A DNA stretch of 64,000 bases from Eledone cirrhosa (lineage: Eukaryota). Below, in pieces: positions 11,852 through 25,569 of the stretch. The stretch lies in contig OZ024741.1 of assembly GCA_964016885.1 (NCBI GenBank), positions 216,070,001-216,134,000 on the forward strand, written 5' to 3'. Below the pieces are notes generated by a model that worked only from the letters and a program-made list of their open reading frames with translations, ran no database searches and was not told the DNA's origin. Made by a program: the position numbers and the translations under genes. Each line of letters starts with the position of its first letter. Position 1 is the stretch's first letter.

Positions 11852-14340
11852 AAAGGTAACATTGTCCCAACGTGCGTCTAGTATAGGTTTCCAGTCCTCC
11901 ACTAAAAGCAAGGAGCGAGACGTTCCCAGAAAAGACTCTAGACGCTTAAAGAAGTCTGGCCGCGATTGGCCAGTCGGGACATAAAAGGCCACCAGTTTGA
12001 AGGCTCCACATCCAACACTGTTCACGTCTAGGACTACCAGTCTACCCTGCGGGTCCAAGTGTATTTGCTGTATTTTGAGGTCCAGGTTTTACCGAAACAT
12101 TACAGCCACTCCCCCTCTACCTTCTGGCTGACAGAGAGATGCGTAGATCTCAAAGTCATTGAAGATGGGTATTAGTTGCTGCCTGTTGTGGATCCTGGAC
12201 ACGGTGATGGCTATCACATCCATACCGTGTGACCTAAGGTCGTTTAAAAGTTGTCCTGTTTCCAGGGCATCTCTAGGCCACGCACATTCACACTTCTAAC
12301 TCGTAGATTAGCCATGCTGGTGGATAAGAGTTGGCAAAAAAGGACGAAAAGATGCACTCACCTTTTTCGTTTCCTGGAGATGGGGTTGTTCAATGTCCAT
12401 TTGCGTGCTGGTGGGGGTGTTGGGTGGGGTGGGTAAACATTTTAATAGGACGCGGTTTATAGGTTTTTGACAGGGGTTGCCGACGTCCTGCGAAAATTCG
12501 CTTTTTAGTTGGCTGAAAGTTTCCATGGAAACTCTTATTAGTTTCAGGTGTGGTGCCGATTCCGATTTTACGAAAGTTTTCCCCTCGGTCCCCACCTTGG
12601 TGTTTATGGCGATGACGTCCATCAAATTTTTGTTGTTGGTGTTGATGTATGCGTACTGATGTTTGTGTTTTTGTTGTGCTGTTTTTGTTTGTTGTTCATC
12701 TGAGAATTTTCTTTTTATGGTGGGTGTTTGTGTTTGGGTGGTGCTAGTGTTTGTTTTGCTGGTAGGCGGGGTGATTGTGGTGTTGTTTGTGTTGTTGTTT
12801 GTGTCGGTGGTTGTGTGTTTGTGTTGGTGATTGCTGGTTTTGTGGCTTTGCGGTGTTTCTTTTTTTTTTTTTTTTTTATTTCCGAGGCTCTCCTACATCC
12901 TCGCTTGGGGATGGAGAAGTAGCTTAGTCTGTTGATGAGTAATCGTCATCAGGAGTGTGTGGTAGGGGTATGTTGTGTGGTGATGGTATTTTTATGTGTG
13001 TGTTTGTGGTAGTGTTGATTGTGGGATGTGGCAGGACTGTGTTCTTCAGGGGAGTTGTCTGTGTTTTTTCTGTTGTTGGTTGAGTGGTTGTTTGTTTTGG
13101 TGTGTTTGCTTGTTTTGTGTGGTGTTGTTGTTGTTGTGGTGGTGGTGGTGGTTTTGGTGTTGGTGTTGGTAAGAGTATTTTTGGGGCTTGTTTTCTTTTA
13201 GTTTGTCTGTAAAGGGCAGGAAGCCTTTAAATGTGATGTGCTGTCACATCGAAAGCAGTGTGGCCTTCTTTCTTTAGTTTAAATGTTTAGGTGGCTGTTG
13301 TTATCCACCAGTACTCGTTCGGGTATCTTGGACATTCTCTTCGGCCTCATTTGCACCAGAACCTCCAAATTTGTACCAGACCACGTGTGTCTGCTTGATT
13401 TTTTGATGGAGAAGATGGTGTCTAAATATGGCAAAATCCCCCAAATATTAATATTTGGTGGTATATTCGAAATTTTTATCTTTTATGTTCTTTTCCCAAG
13501 GTAAGTAGGGAAAAAGGTGTATTTGCTACCAGTCACTGGCGTTACCGAATATTTCTGTGCGAGGGCCTCGCTTTTGAGGAGCACCGAAATGCTTCCATAG
13601 TCTCTGGCCCTCTGCATTAAACCTATATCCGGCAAAACCTCCTTCAATGTTGTTTCTATTTCCCCTTGACTGAGGGATGCCGGCCTTCTTGTCTCATTTG
13701 AAACAGTTCTGAAGGTGACTGTCCTTCGAAGTGTTTCAAGTCGGATTTCGAAAGTCACAAATGTTTTGCTTCATTAAGCATTTCCCTCGCATTGGAGATA
13801 TCAAGATTCTTGAAGTCTTGTTTGTTTATTACTGTTTGTGAAAAGGTTATTTTTTTTTTGGTGCCGTTGTTGTTGTGGTTGTCATTGTTTCCGTTTGTAC
13901 TTGTTGAAATTATTTCATTATTAGTGGATTTTTATGTGTGTTCTTTGCTGTGTGGTCCATCTTATAAGTTGCATTTTTCGGCTTCCTGGCGAAACAAAAC
14001 TTTATTGTCACTATTTGTCACCATAGTGACTCCTATACAGCAGACGTTGCGGCAACGTTAATCTCTGCCTTTCTCTCACTACTTTTTTTTCTGCAGAGAC
14101 TAGCGTTCCTTCCGAGCTAGCCATTGTTGATAGCAAAAATAATTTTTTTTTTGAAAATTTTTCAAGTAAAATTTCCGCCCCATAGGGGGGCGAAAAATGA
14201 TGTTACCACCCGGCTGACAATTCAACCTGTGGGTTAATCTACGAAACAATATATTTTTCAACAAAAAATTCCTGTTTTTTGCATACAAAATTAACAAAAA
14301 AATTACCAACGAAGTGGCACACGTGAACACTATCCGAGGT
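11852..14340 (-). mobile_element. Tx1/L1-clade LINE copy E1: 5' UTR, frameshifted ORF1, start of ORF2 endonuclease; 3' part lost
   Basis: ORF2 fragment DPQGRLVVLDVNS..FLGTSRSLLLVEDWK homologous to 47107-47715; ORF1 pieces VTFRTVSN, CFRCDSTSHLKASC knuckle and PCQKPINRVLLK; degenerate (GATA)n at the 5' flank. Confidence 0.9.
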
Positions 14341-14398
14341 AGATATATCGATAGATAAGAACATGGACAGATAGATGGATAGATAAACACAATGGATG

Positions 14399-14477
<79 letters not shown>

Positions 14478-14502
14478 TGGAAAATGGATAGATAAATAGA
14501 TA
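14341..14502. repeat. (GATA)n microsatellite abutting the 5' end of E1
   Basis: Direct reading. Confidence 0.95.
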
Positions 14503-14564
14503 AAGGAGCTGATATTATTTTCACGTAAAATATATATATATATATATATATATTAGAAATAGAA

Positions 14565-15054
<490 letters not shown>

Positions 15055-15149
15055 TGTCTGTGTGTGTGTGTATGTGTGTATGTGTGTGTATGCGTGTGTA
15101 TATATATGTATATATATATATATATATACATATATTATATATATATATA

Positions 15150-15292
15150 CATAAATTTTGATTTGCAAGGTTTTTGATATGAAATCGTGTGTTGAAACAA
15201 ATATTGTTATATTTGGGGAGGGTCATATTGTTATAATATTTCTGGCAATATTATAACAATATGGCCCTCCCAAATATAACAATATTTGTTTA
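15150..15292. repeat. Foldback in a dispersed repeat also seen inverted at ~35390-35470
   Basis: AAACAAATATTGTTATATTTGGG..CATATTGTTATAATATT mirrored around ~15243. Confidence 0.8.
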
Positions 15293-16034
15293 TATATATA
15301 TTAAAATAACGGTCCCGTTAAGGGTGAAAGCCGCGATTCTTTGCTTAAACTTTAATCTGTTATTTTAATGAATATTTGCTCTAGTGTTCTTATATATTTT
15401 ATATATATTTATCCTTATCGAGCCCCCTTGGGATTTTAGTCTTCAAATTTGTTTTTTATTACTATATTATAAATATTGTATATCATATATCTTCACAAAT
15501 CACACATACAGATACATATATATCTATGTATATATACTCTGTACCGCTGTAACAAGTTTGAAAAAGTAGCTATAGTTATATATGTATTGAGGGAGAGAGA
15601 GATGACGAAACTTGAGAACTGAAGTAGGAAGCCATATTTCTTTGTATTCCGATACCTTATGACAGAGCAACATCCACTGATATCCACTCCTCTATTAAGA
15701 TATCCTTTACTCTTCTCTTCAATTAAATGTATTGCGAAACGAAATATTACATAAGAATGTCTAATAGATTTAAGTTTATCGTTCCTCACTTTGAAAATAT
15801 GTGGAAAACTGCGCAACGACGCTGCAACATACGACATCCATTAGAAGAGACTTAAAACTAGAAGTATTTGAAAGGAATCGAGCTGGTTGCTAACACTTAG
15901 AGAGAAACTTCAAGTAGTGGTTTCTCCGAAATACAAGAAACAATGCAAGGAGGTTGGGTGAGATTGCTTCAGATTCTTACGTTGTTTCTGAAGAAGATAT
16001 GGTGAGAATAGCAAGTTTTAACAGTGAACCAATA

Positions 16035-16222
16035 ATAGAATTGTTTCTACTTTTGGTACAAGGCCAGCAATTACCCAGTGCTTTACTGGTACTTTATTTT
16101 GTCGACCCCGTAAGGATGAAAGGCAAAGTTAACCTCTGCGGGATTTGAATTCAGGATGGCAAGTGCCGTAACACTATGCGTCAAAGCATGGCGTCCGACC
16201 ATCTACCGATACTGCCAATCCT
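16035..16222 (-). mobile_element. Main SINE copy, near full length
   Basis: Matches 37937-38130 in reverse. Confidence 0.85.
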
Positions 16223-16331
16223 AATATAATAAGATTAAGAAAGCATTTTTATAGGGAACGGATTTATCAGCTTCACACTCACTCATATAACCACGGACAG
16301 ACACACATATACCTGTATATATGTATATATA

Positions 16332-16374
<43 letters not shown>

Positions 16375-16619
16375 TTCTTCTGCATATATAATCTGTTATG
16401 TTAATATATATATATATATTAACATAACAGATTAAAGTTTAAGCAAAAATCGGTGCTTTCACCCTTAACGGGATCTTCTGAAATATTTGCTCTATGGTTT
16501 TATATATATTTATATATATATTATCCTTATCGAGCCCTCTTCGGATTTTAGTCTTCACATTTATTGTCATTACTATATATATATATATATATATATAGTA
16601 ATAACAATAAATGTTATCT

Positions 16620-19600
16620 CAAAATAAGCCCCCCTGCAACAGTCAAAACCAGCCACCACACTAGCCTCCACATGTTTACTCAACACACAAGGTATCAGCC
16701 CATCCATCAAAGCAGAGAAATGGAAGATCAAATTCATTGAGGATTGGGTTGGTAACCATCCATTTCACATCCCCTTCTTCATTCTTACTAAAACCCACCT
16801 TGACAACTGCCATTTTGAGGCCGAAGTAAGAGTGAGGAATTTCACAACCATCCGTGCGGATCGTGTTGGCAGAAGGAAGGGTGGAACTGCTATTTTCCTG
16901 CATGATTCCGTTACAGCAGATGGTAACACAACATTCTCCAATGGCTACTGTGAATCAGTCACTGTGCACAATAAAGCCAATGACCTGACATTAGTTGGGC
17001 TCTATAGGCCGCCACAAACACCCATAATCTGCTTCAAAGAATGCCTCAACAGTATTAAATGCTTTATTAAACAGTGCCATTCTAACAACATACTTTAATC
17101 TACCCTGTGTCGATTGGTCTACATGCAGTTTGAAACCAGGCTCCACAGCCTCAACCACTGACAAAGAGGCTGTCGAGTCACTTCTTGACTTCATGAATGA
17201 GTTTTTCTTGTCCCAAATTGTCCTTGCACCAACAAGGCATCAGAAGAACATTCTGGATCTAGTGTTTAGTAACCACACTAATACTATCCATAATATTACA
17301 GTGGAAAAAACCGTTCTCTCAGACCATGACATGGTTCTTTGTAACCCGAGATTCCACCAACCGAAAGCTAATCCTAGGGACCTCTTTCTAACCCACCAAT
17401 TTGATAACATGGATCTCTACAATGCCAACTGGGATGCAATTGTGAACGAACTATCACATGTTGACTCGTCTTTTACATACGCACACATTTCCCCCAACAT
17501 CAAAACATCTTGGCAGATCTTTGTAGATACTGTCACAAATATATGTACAAAGCACACCCCACCAAAACCTGTGAACAAAACTAAGTGCCATATCCCCCAA
17601 AATAGAAAAACAATTATCAGAAAAATAAAAAAAAACAAACAAAAATATTAACACACTAAAATACTGTCAACAGCAACACACACATTCGATGGCTATCGCC
17701 CTGCTTGAATAAAAGAAAAATAACCGCCAGCAATGCATGATGACCATCATCAATAACCAGAGAACAGCTGAAGAGAGGTGGGCCATTGAGAAAATCAAAC
17801 TCAACTCAAAGTGTACTTTTCCTTTGCTAAAAAACACAAGGTCACCGTCTCTACTGTTGGACCTCTAGTTGATGAAAATGGTACACACCTAGATAATGCC
17901 AAAACCATGGGCGAGATACTGCAGAAACAATACTGTTCTGTTTTCAGCAATCCTGATATGGCCGATCTGAGCTGTATCAGTGATGTTAATCCCCAACACA
18001 CTATATCAGACATAACGTTTGGCGCCTCTGATGTCTTAGCGGCAATAAACGAAATTAAACACTATTCAGCAGTAGGCACCGGCAGGTTCCCTGCTTGTGT
18101 CCTGAAGGTGTGTCGACACCAACTTGCAGCTCCTCTTGCTAATCTGTGGAGGAACTCACTGGATACGGGCTATATTCCTGCAAAATGTCTGTCCCAGTCC
18201 GTTGTCCCAGTCTTCAAAAAGGGAAATAAGTCCATTGCAGTGAACTACCGTCCGATCTCACACACCTCTCATATTATCAAGGTATTTGAGAGGGTGGTGT
18301 GATCACGCATAACCCACTTTCTTAAAAGCAACGGCCTGCTGAACTCCAACCAACATGGGTTCCGTAATGGAAGGGACTGCCTAACGCAGCTCTTGCATCA
18401 CTTTGACGATGTTTTGAGAGCCTTGAGAGAGGGCTCCAACACTGATGTCATCTACCTTTATTTCAGCAAGACCTTTGACAGTGTTGATCATTAGATTCTA
18501 CTGAAAAAAACTATCCAATATTGGTGTCTCTGGAAAGTTACTACAGTGGATCAAATGTTTCCTGACAGACAGAACCCAACATGACGAGGGAGTAAAATCA
18601 AGCCCTGCCAAAGTCAGCAGTTGCGTCCCACAAGGCACTGTGTTGGACCGACTTCTTTTCATCATCTACATTAATGACATTACTGACATCATCAACCACA
18701 GCAATGTAAGAATCTTTGCAGATGATTCCAAGCTCCAAAGGGTCATCAATGAGGTGGGTGACCGGACTTGACTTCAGTCAGACCTACTGGCTGTTATCCA
18801 ATGGGCAGAAAATAATATGCTGTTGAATGAGGATAAGTTTGAATTAATCCACTTTGGAAAAAAGGATGCCCTGAAACTACCATACTCTCTTCCTTCGGGT
18901 GAAACTCTAGTGGCATCCAATAACATCAGAGACCTGGGAGTAATTGTGGACAACCACATAAGCTGGGCCACTCATATAAACAGCAAAGTTGATATGGCCC
19001 GCAGAATGTGTTCCTGGATTCTCAGAACTTTCCAGTCAAGAGCTATCCACACTGTTATCCTTCTCTTCTCCACTTTTGCCTGACCCCACCTTGAATACTG
19101 TTGTTCACTGTGGTCTCCCCACACGAAAGAAAGTATCATGAAAGTTGAAGCACCCCAAATGTCAATTACAAAAAAGATAGATGGTATGGCAGGCCTTGAC
19201 TATTGGAGTCGATTAGAAAAGCTCAACCTTTATTCTCTCCAACGTCGCCGTGAGCGCTACATTATCTACCTGACGTGGAAAATATTCCATCAGCTTTGCT
19301 CAAATGATGTTGGCGTCACCTTTAATGTACACCCAAGGCTTGGGCCCCGTGATATCCGCCCACGACAAAAATCTCACTCGCATCACATAACAACAATACG
19401 GCACAATTATTTCACCTCAATTGGCCCTGCTCTCTTTAACATAACACCAAAACACATCAAAGCAGAAACAGGCTTGGGCCCCGTGATATCCGCCCACGAC
19501 AAAAATCTCACTCGCATCACATAACAACAATACGGCACAATTATTTCACCTCAATTGGCCCTGCTCTCTTTAACATAACACCAAAACACATCAAAGCAGA

Positions 19601-19810
19601 AACAGACCCCATCAAGTTCAAGAAGTCTTTGGAGAAATTCTTTCAAGAAATCCCGGATAAGCCTCCTACACCCGGATATGCCTCCGCAAACAATAACTCT
19701 CTACTCGAGTGGGCCATGGTGCCCAAACACTGAGTTGTAAAACTTCGTCAGACGGTGCTATTAAGTTAGACAAGGCGTGGGCCAATACTGGCCGAAACCT
19801 ATCAAAGTTA
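16620..19810 (+). pseudogene. Decayed CR1-group LINE ORF2 (APE endonuclease + RT) with stops and frameshifts
   Basis: GGTAIF, GLYRPP, ILDLVF, LSDH (APE); NYRPIS, QHGFR, VPQG, FADDSKL, RDLGVIVD, PHLEYC..WSP, SLQRRRER (RT and C-terminus). Confidence 0.9.
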
Positions 19811-19820
19811 TATATATATA

Positions 19821-22800
19821 TCTTCTTATATATAAAGTGAAGTTGGGCATTGTTTGTTTGTTTGGTGTCCCGAACTTGCAGGCTACACCGTTCATCCGAT
19901 TTTCATGAAACTTGACACATATATAAAACTCGACCCGTAGATTGGAATAGGCCCCCAGAAGTCAACAATCGATATTTTCAAAAATCGTCCGATTTCGATG
20001 AAACTCGGCGCAAGTGTGTATTTTGATCCAGGGATGAAAACTCGATAATTGCATCACCAGAGGCAAAAGTCGATATTTACGAAATTTGTCCGATTCCAAT
20101 CAAATTTGACGTAGGTATGTATTTTGATGCGGGGCTCAACGTGGGGTACTTGAATAATCGGACCCCCAGAGGCAAAAATCCGGCAACCGAAAAACGCCAT
20201 TCTTCTTGCTTCCATTTGTCGCGACTCCCGCCATGCAAAAGACGCTCAATCTATCAGGATTATCCACCGTAAGTCTCTTTAAATTAACGCTCACCATATT
20301 CGGCAAACCTTTTAGGCCGATTCTTCCATTTCCTATATAACGACTATCAAGACTATACCGCCGCGCATCATCCTGTATTGAGCCCAGTCTCCTCAAGCGA
20401 TCATCGAGCCTCCATGCGCTCTCTTCATTCCCGTGGTCCCACTACTTTAGCATAATGAGGCATCCGTCAACCCCTTCCCTCTCCCTTCCCTGCACGCCGT
20501 CGACCCACTGCATCCTTGTGCATCACCATGCGCATCTCTGCCTTGTCAGCCGCAATTCATTCCCCGGCCCTTTCCATTGCCTGCCTTCCGTGGTCCCTAA
20601 TGACTGCCACGGCTCAACATGCCGAATCCCTGCCACCGTCCACCCCTGCCAATTTCCATTGCCTACACTCCGGGAGAGCTCAAGACTTCCATTCCTGACC
20701 AAGCCGCATCCCTGCCATTGTCAACTCCTGTCCTCTCCGTTCCCTGTACGCCGTCGTCGCACTGCATCGTCATGCCTCACCATGCTGCATTACTGCCCTG
20801 TCGGCCACCATCCCCTCCTCAGCCCTTTCTATTGCCTGCCCGCCGTGCTCCTTCAAGACTGCCATGCCTAACCAAGCCCCATCCCTGCCACCATTCAAGT
20901 CCTGCCCTCTACCTCCCCTGCACGCCGTCGTCCCACTGCATCGTCATGCCTCACCATGCCGCATCCATGCTCTGTCAACCGCTATGCCATCCCCTGCCCT
21001 CTCCCTTACCCGCACGCCTTGGTACTTCACGCGTGCTATAGCTCACCATGCGGAATCCCTGCAACCGTCAATCCCGGCCACCTCCCTTCCCTGCACGCCG
21101 TCAACCTACTGCATCGTTATGCCTCACCATGCCGCATCCATGATCTGTCAGCAGCCATCCCCTCCTCAGCCTTTTATTTTGCCTGCCGCCGTGCTCCTTC
21201 AAGACTGCCATGCCTAACCAAGCCGCACCCCTGCCACCGTCAACCCCTGCCCTCTCCCTTGCCCGCACGCCTTGGTCCCACACGACTGCCATGGCTCACC
21301 ATGCGGCATTCCTGCCCTGTCAGCAACTTGCTCAAATGTCATCAGCATGGTTTATTCCTGCGCCGCACATAACCGCCCATTATCTCAGACGAAAGACAAC
21401 ACCGAACATGAAGACGATCCTGTGTAAGTCTATTTACATTCATTTTGACCATATTTAACAAAATTAAACAAAATTCATCCCTTTCTCCTCCAAAGCCTCC
21501 CAATCATGTATGGCCGAAAAACATCCTGTCTTGGACCCGGTTTTCTCAAACAATCATCGTGCCTCCCGGTGCTCTCTACATTCCCGAGGTGCAACTCAAT
21601 TGGTATGCCGCATCCACGCCCTGTCAGCCGCCATGCACCCTGCCATTTCGTCATGCCTCATCATGCTGCATCCCTGCCCTGTCAGCCGCCATCCAGTCCC
21701 CGACCCTTTCCACTGCCTAGGCATGGCAGTCTTGAGGGATCAAGTCGCATCCCTGTCACCGTGAACCCCCTGCCCTCTCTGTTCCCTGCACGCCGTCGTC
21801 CCACTGCATCGTCATGCATCACCATGCCACATCAATGCTCTGTCAGCCGCCATTCCCTCCTCGGCCCTTCCTTTTGTCTGCCCGCAGTGCTCCTTCAAGA
21901 CTGCCATGGCTCACCATGCGGCACCCTTGCCACCTTCCACCCCTGCCCTCTTCCTTGCCTCCTGGCCGTCGTCCCACTGCATTGTCATACCTCAGGATGC
22001 CGCATCCATGCACTGTCAGCCACCATCCCCTCCTCGGCCCTTTCTTTTGCCTGAGCGCCGTGCTCCTTCAAGTCTCCTATGGCTATCTATGCCGCATCAA
22101 TTCCTTACCACCCGCTTAAACGTCATCAGCATGGCTTATTGTTGCCCCATTTGACCACCGATTTTCGCAGGCTAAACACAATACCAACGTGCACGATAGT
22201 CCATGGTAAATCTTTTTAATTACATGTTCATCATGCTAAGCAAAGGATGAATAGCAACTCTTTCATTTCTCCTGACATGACTTTCTGTCAATTATGGCCG
22301 AGAAGCATCCTGTGTAGCATCGCGTCTTCTCAAGCGATCAGCGTGCCTTCTACTGTCCTCACAATTGACTCACAACGCCGCATCTATTCCCTGCGACGCC
22401 CCTAAACATCATCAGCATGGCTTATTTTTCTTCCGCGTTTAACCGGCCCTCATTCTAGGCCATAAACAACAAAACCGCACGATGATGCTGCGTCAGTCTA
22501 TTTAAATTAATGGACAACATGTTCAGCAAAACAATTGTACCAATTCTTCCTCTTCACCTCCAAGGCCTATCCATTACATCTTAGAGGTCGGGATTCGCAA
22601 TTTCTACGATTTCAATATTGACACAACAGTCCGTCAGGTTTTTCGGCACATGTTGCTCCGATAGGAGTATCAACGTGATTTTCACTTAATTCGTAAGCGT
22701 TCAGTCTTCCGTATGCTTTTATTTTTTATTGATACAACACCGACTACAATCATCTAACTTCATTTTGTAGGCTAGACGCGAATCACAAGCATAACAATCC

Positions 22801-23882
22801 TCTGATATACAACCGCACCAAATTCTTTGGTCTACCTAGATTTCAATGGCTTTATCCTTTGCTTTTGTAAGGTTGTACATTTGACAATGTCGCAAAACAT
22901 TATTCCACTTGATTCCTACCTTTCAGCTGTGAATTGGGCAGTGCCTTAAAATCCCGGTTTATTTGCGTGCAATTCTTTGGTATCTTATGAATGGAGAATC
23001 GAAAACCCTTTTTCTCATAACCTGATACATGCGTTACACATGATCCATGGATGTTTGTGGACTATTTTTTCAAAATACCAATATCACAGATTGGAGCACA
23101 AAAAGAAACGTTTGTTCTTCATTTATTTCGGTTAAAGAATCCTGCTGGAATTTAGCGCAGACCCGTTTAAATCTAGCGCCTTATAACCCCGAGTGTAACC
23201 GTGTACACCAGCTAGAAAGACAAATGGAAACATTGTTTCCTCGGTCCGATTTGACGAAAGTCGATTTAGTTCCACAACAAATTAACAAACCATACTTGAA
23301 AACACGTTGAGGCTATTGTAAAGGGCAATAACCCTAGACACAATTTGGATCAACTTTTTTTCACCTATAGCAAATTTACCGGGAGAGGTTTTTAACTACT
23401 CAAATCTTCTTCAGAGGTCACGTATTCATGTAAAAAATCAATAAAACTGAAGCGGCGTTCGACTTTGCGCAAAAATCAAGGTAAAGTTGCACATGGGAAA
23501 ACTGTCGCAAAAGACTCGCCATTATGCCGCGGTTCTGATAAAGTAGCTTTTATTTCTTCTTCTGCACATGTGAGCGCGAAAATTGTGAAAAGAAAAACTG
23601 AAAAATCGACTTTTTCACCCTGCTTTAAAAATCAACTGAAAATTCATTTTCAAGTGAATTTGACTTTCATCAGTCGTTTAAAGAACAATTTCAACGAGAC
23701 ACTAAACCTACAATTCATCCATTATTTATGCTCAATTACACATCTGCGTCTACTAACCTCTATTTTTTTCCTTGAGGTTCGAAGGTTTTTGCACCTGTGG
23801 AGCGCGGGAAGTAACTTTCACACATTTTAACAACAGAGCAAAGGTTGACTTACACCCGGGAAACGCCGGGTTCTTCTGCTAG
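19821..23882 (+). mobile_element. Non-autonomous Helitron (~4.06 kb)
   Basis: A|TC 5' end (TCTTCTTATATATAAAG..GTTTGTTTG), 3' hairpin CCCGG(GAAACG)CCGGG followed by CTAG|T, no TSD; three ~100-bp subterminal repeats containing CCGATTT..AAACT. Confidence 0.85.
20450..22125. repeat. C-rich degenerate tandem repeats (~150-bp period with ~35-40-bp subunits) inside the Helitron
   Basis: Recurring CCCTGCACGCCGTCGTCCCACTGCATCGTCATGCCTCACCATGCCGCATCC and GTGCTCCTTCAAGACTGCCATG. Confidence 0.85.
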
Positions 23883-23912
23883 TATATATATATATATATT
23901 TATATATATATA

Positions 23913-23991
<79 letters not shown>

Positions 23992-24120
23992 ATATATATA
24001 TATTAATAAGAGGAATTCCAACTTTGTCTGATTTACTCGTTTTATTTACAATCCTTTAAAATATATATAATGGTATTATAATGAAATAGTATGATAGAAT
24101 ATTAAATTCTAAGTGTTAAT

Positions 24121-24159
24121 TGAACAAGTACTTTCATGCTTTCGCAATCTTCAGGTTCA
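24121..24159 (-). ncRNA. PLE hammerhead, inverted copy
   Basis: Reverse complement of 27842-27880. Confidence 0.75.
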
Positions 24160-24534
24160 TGATATGTGGTGACAGTCGAGTTTGCAATTTTCAACTGTAA
24201 TGAGATGGGTAAATTTCCTACCTTTTATACATTTTATACAGAGAAAAGTGGCTCCACAATGCAAAGCCCTGTAAACTGTATTTCGACCAATCAGTGTGTA
24301 GTTTCACTGAATTACTACAGCTGATTGGTTTAAGCGTCACGGCTGGTTGAGCATGCTAACGACCAATAGTCATATCCAACGTATCAATTGTTTTGCTTTT
24401 TTGAAATGATGAAAATAGCATTTTCTATTAATCATCACCATCAACATCACTTTTATTATTATTATTATTGTTGTTGTTGTTGTTGTTAGTGGTCGTGCTC
24501 ATAGTGGTAGTAGAAGTAATACCCCTAGGCGTTA

Positions 24535-25560
24535 TTATTGTTCATTTAGCTTGGGTTTGAATTTATCAATAAAATTCTTTTCTTTGATTTTTCTCTTGAT
24601 TTCATTTGGGCTGTGTAATTTGTAGAATGGGAATATTATAAATATTCCCTGACCACATGTTGCCAGGTGGCCGCTTAGGGGTATCTGACGGACATTTGGG
24701 TCTCTGATTTGTTGACGGTGTACCCGTGCACGTTCCGATAGTGCATTTCCAGTTTGACCGACATATAGTTCTTCACAATTCGGGCATTTAATGCAGTAAA
24801 TTAGATTTCTGCTTTTGCAGTTCATATTTGCATTTGTGAATATTTTTCCAGTTTTTGTTTTCATATATTGATCGGCGTGTATGGATTGACATGTGCCGCA
24901 TCGATTATCATTGCATTTAGATACAGTGAATGATTGGTCTTTGTTGTTAAGGTCAAACTTTGCTTTTGTTAGCAATTGCTTCAAATTTTTTGGCTGTCTT
25001 TTACTAAGAGTCAAAGATCGATCTGTGATTAAGCCTTTTAATTCATTACTTTGAGCAATGATCGGTAGGTTTGCTTTGGCAGTGTTGAAGATATTCTGGT
25101 GACATGGGTTGTGTGTCATTATAAATGGTATGACCAGTTCTTGGTTTCTTCTTCTTTGGGTTGTTCTAAGTTGTTGTATAGGTATTTTTATAGCCCGCTG
25201 TATGCCATTTTCTATAAGTAGAGATGGGTATTTTTGTTTGAGCAAAAATTCTCTTAGTTCTGTTAGGCGTTTGTACCTGGTATTCGTATCTTCTACAATG
25301 GTACAAATTCTTCTGGCTAGGCAGTATGGGATGTTGCGTTTTGTATGAGGTGGATGGCACGACTTAAAATTCAGATATTGATGGGTGTCTGTGTGTTTAT
25401 AATATATATCCGTGGTAATGGTGGTGTGGTTTTTGATTATCATTATATCTAGGAATGGTAATTTGGTCCTACTCATCTCTTTTGTGAATTGGAGAGATGG
25501 GTGTAGGTTATTCAGGAGGATATTGAACTCATCCAGAGTATCTAGAGATTCTGTCCAGAT
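24535..25560 (-). pseudogene. Inverted duplicate of PLE RT C-terminus + GIY-YIG endonuclease
   Basis: Translation identical to the last 313 aa of the 25412-27466 ORF. Confidence 0.9.
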
Positions 25561-25569
25561 ACATACTGT

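Noticed and set aside
21347-21460. MVYSCAAHN.. resembling a THAP-domain start in Helitron cargo
   Set aside because: Second Cys missing, stops in frame, sister modules do not keep the motif.
20455-22154. Overlapping Pro/Cys/His-rich ORFs
   Set aside because: Products of the C-rich tandem repeat; open in multiple frames with no domain motif.
25412-25560. Hydrophobic N-terminus of the 684-aa ORF
   Set aside because: Antisense translation of the inverted arm, not part of the PLE protein.
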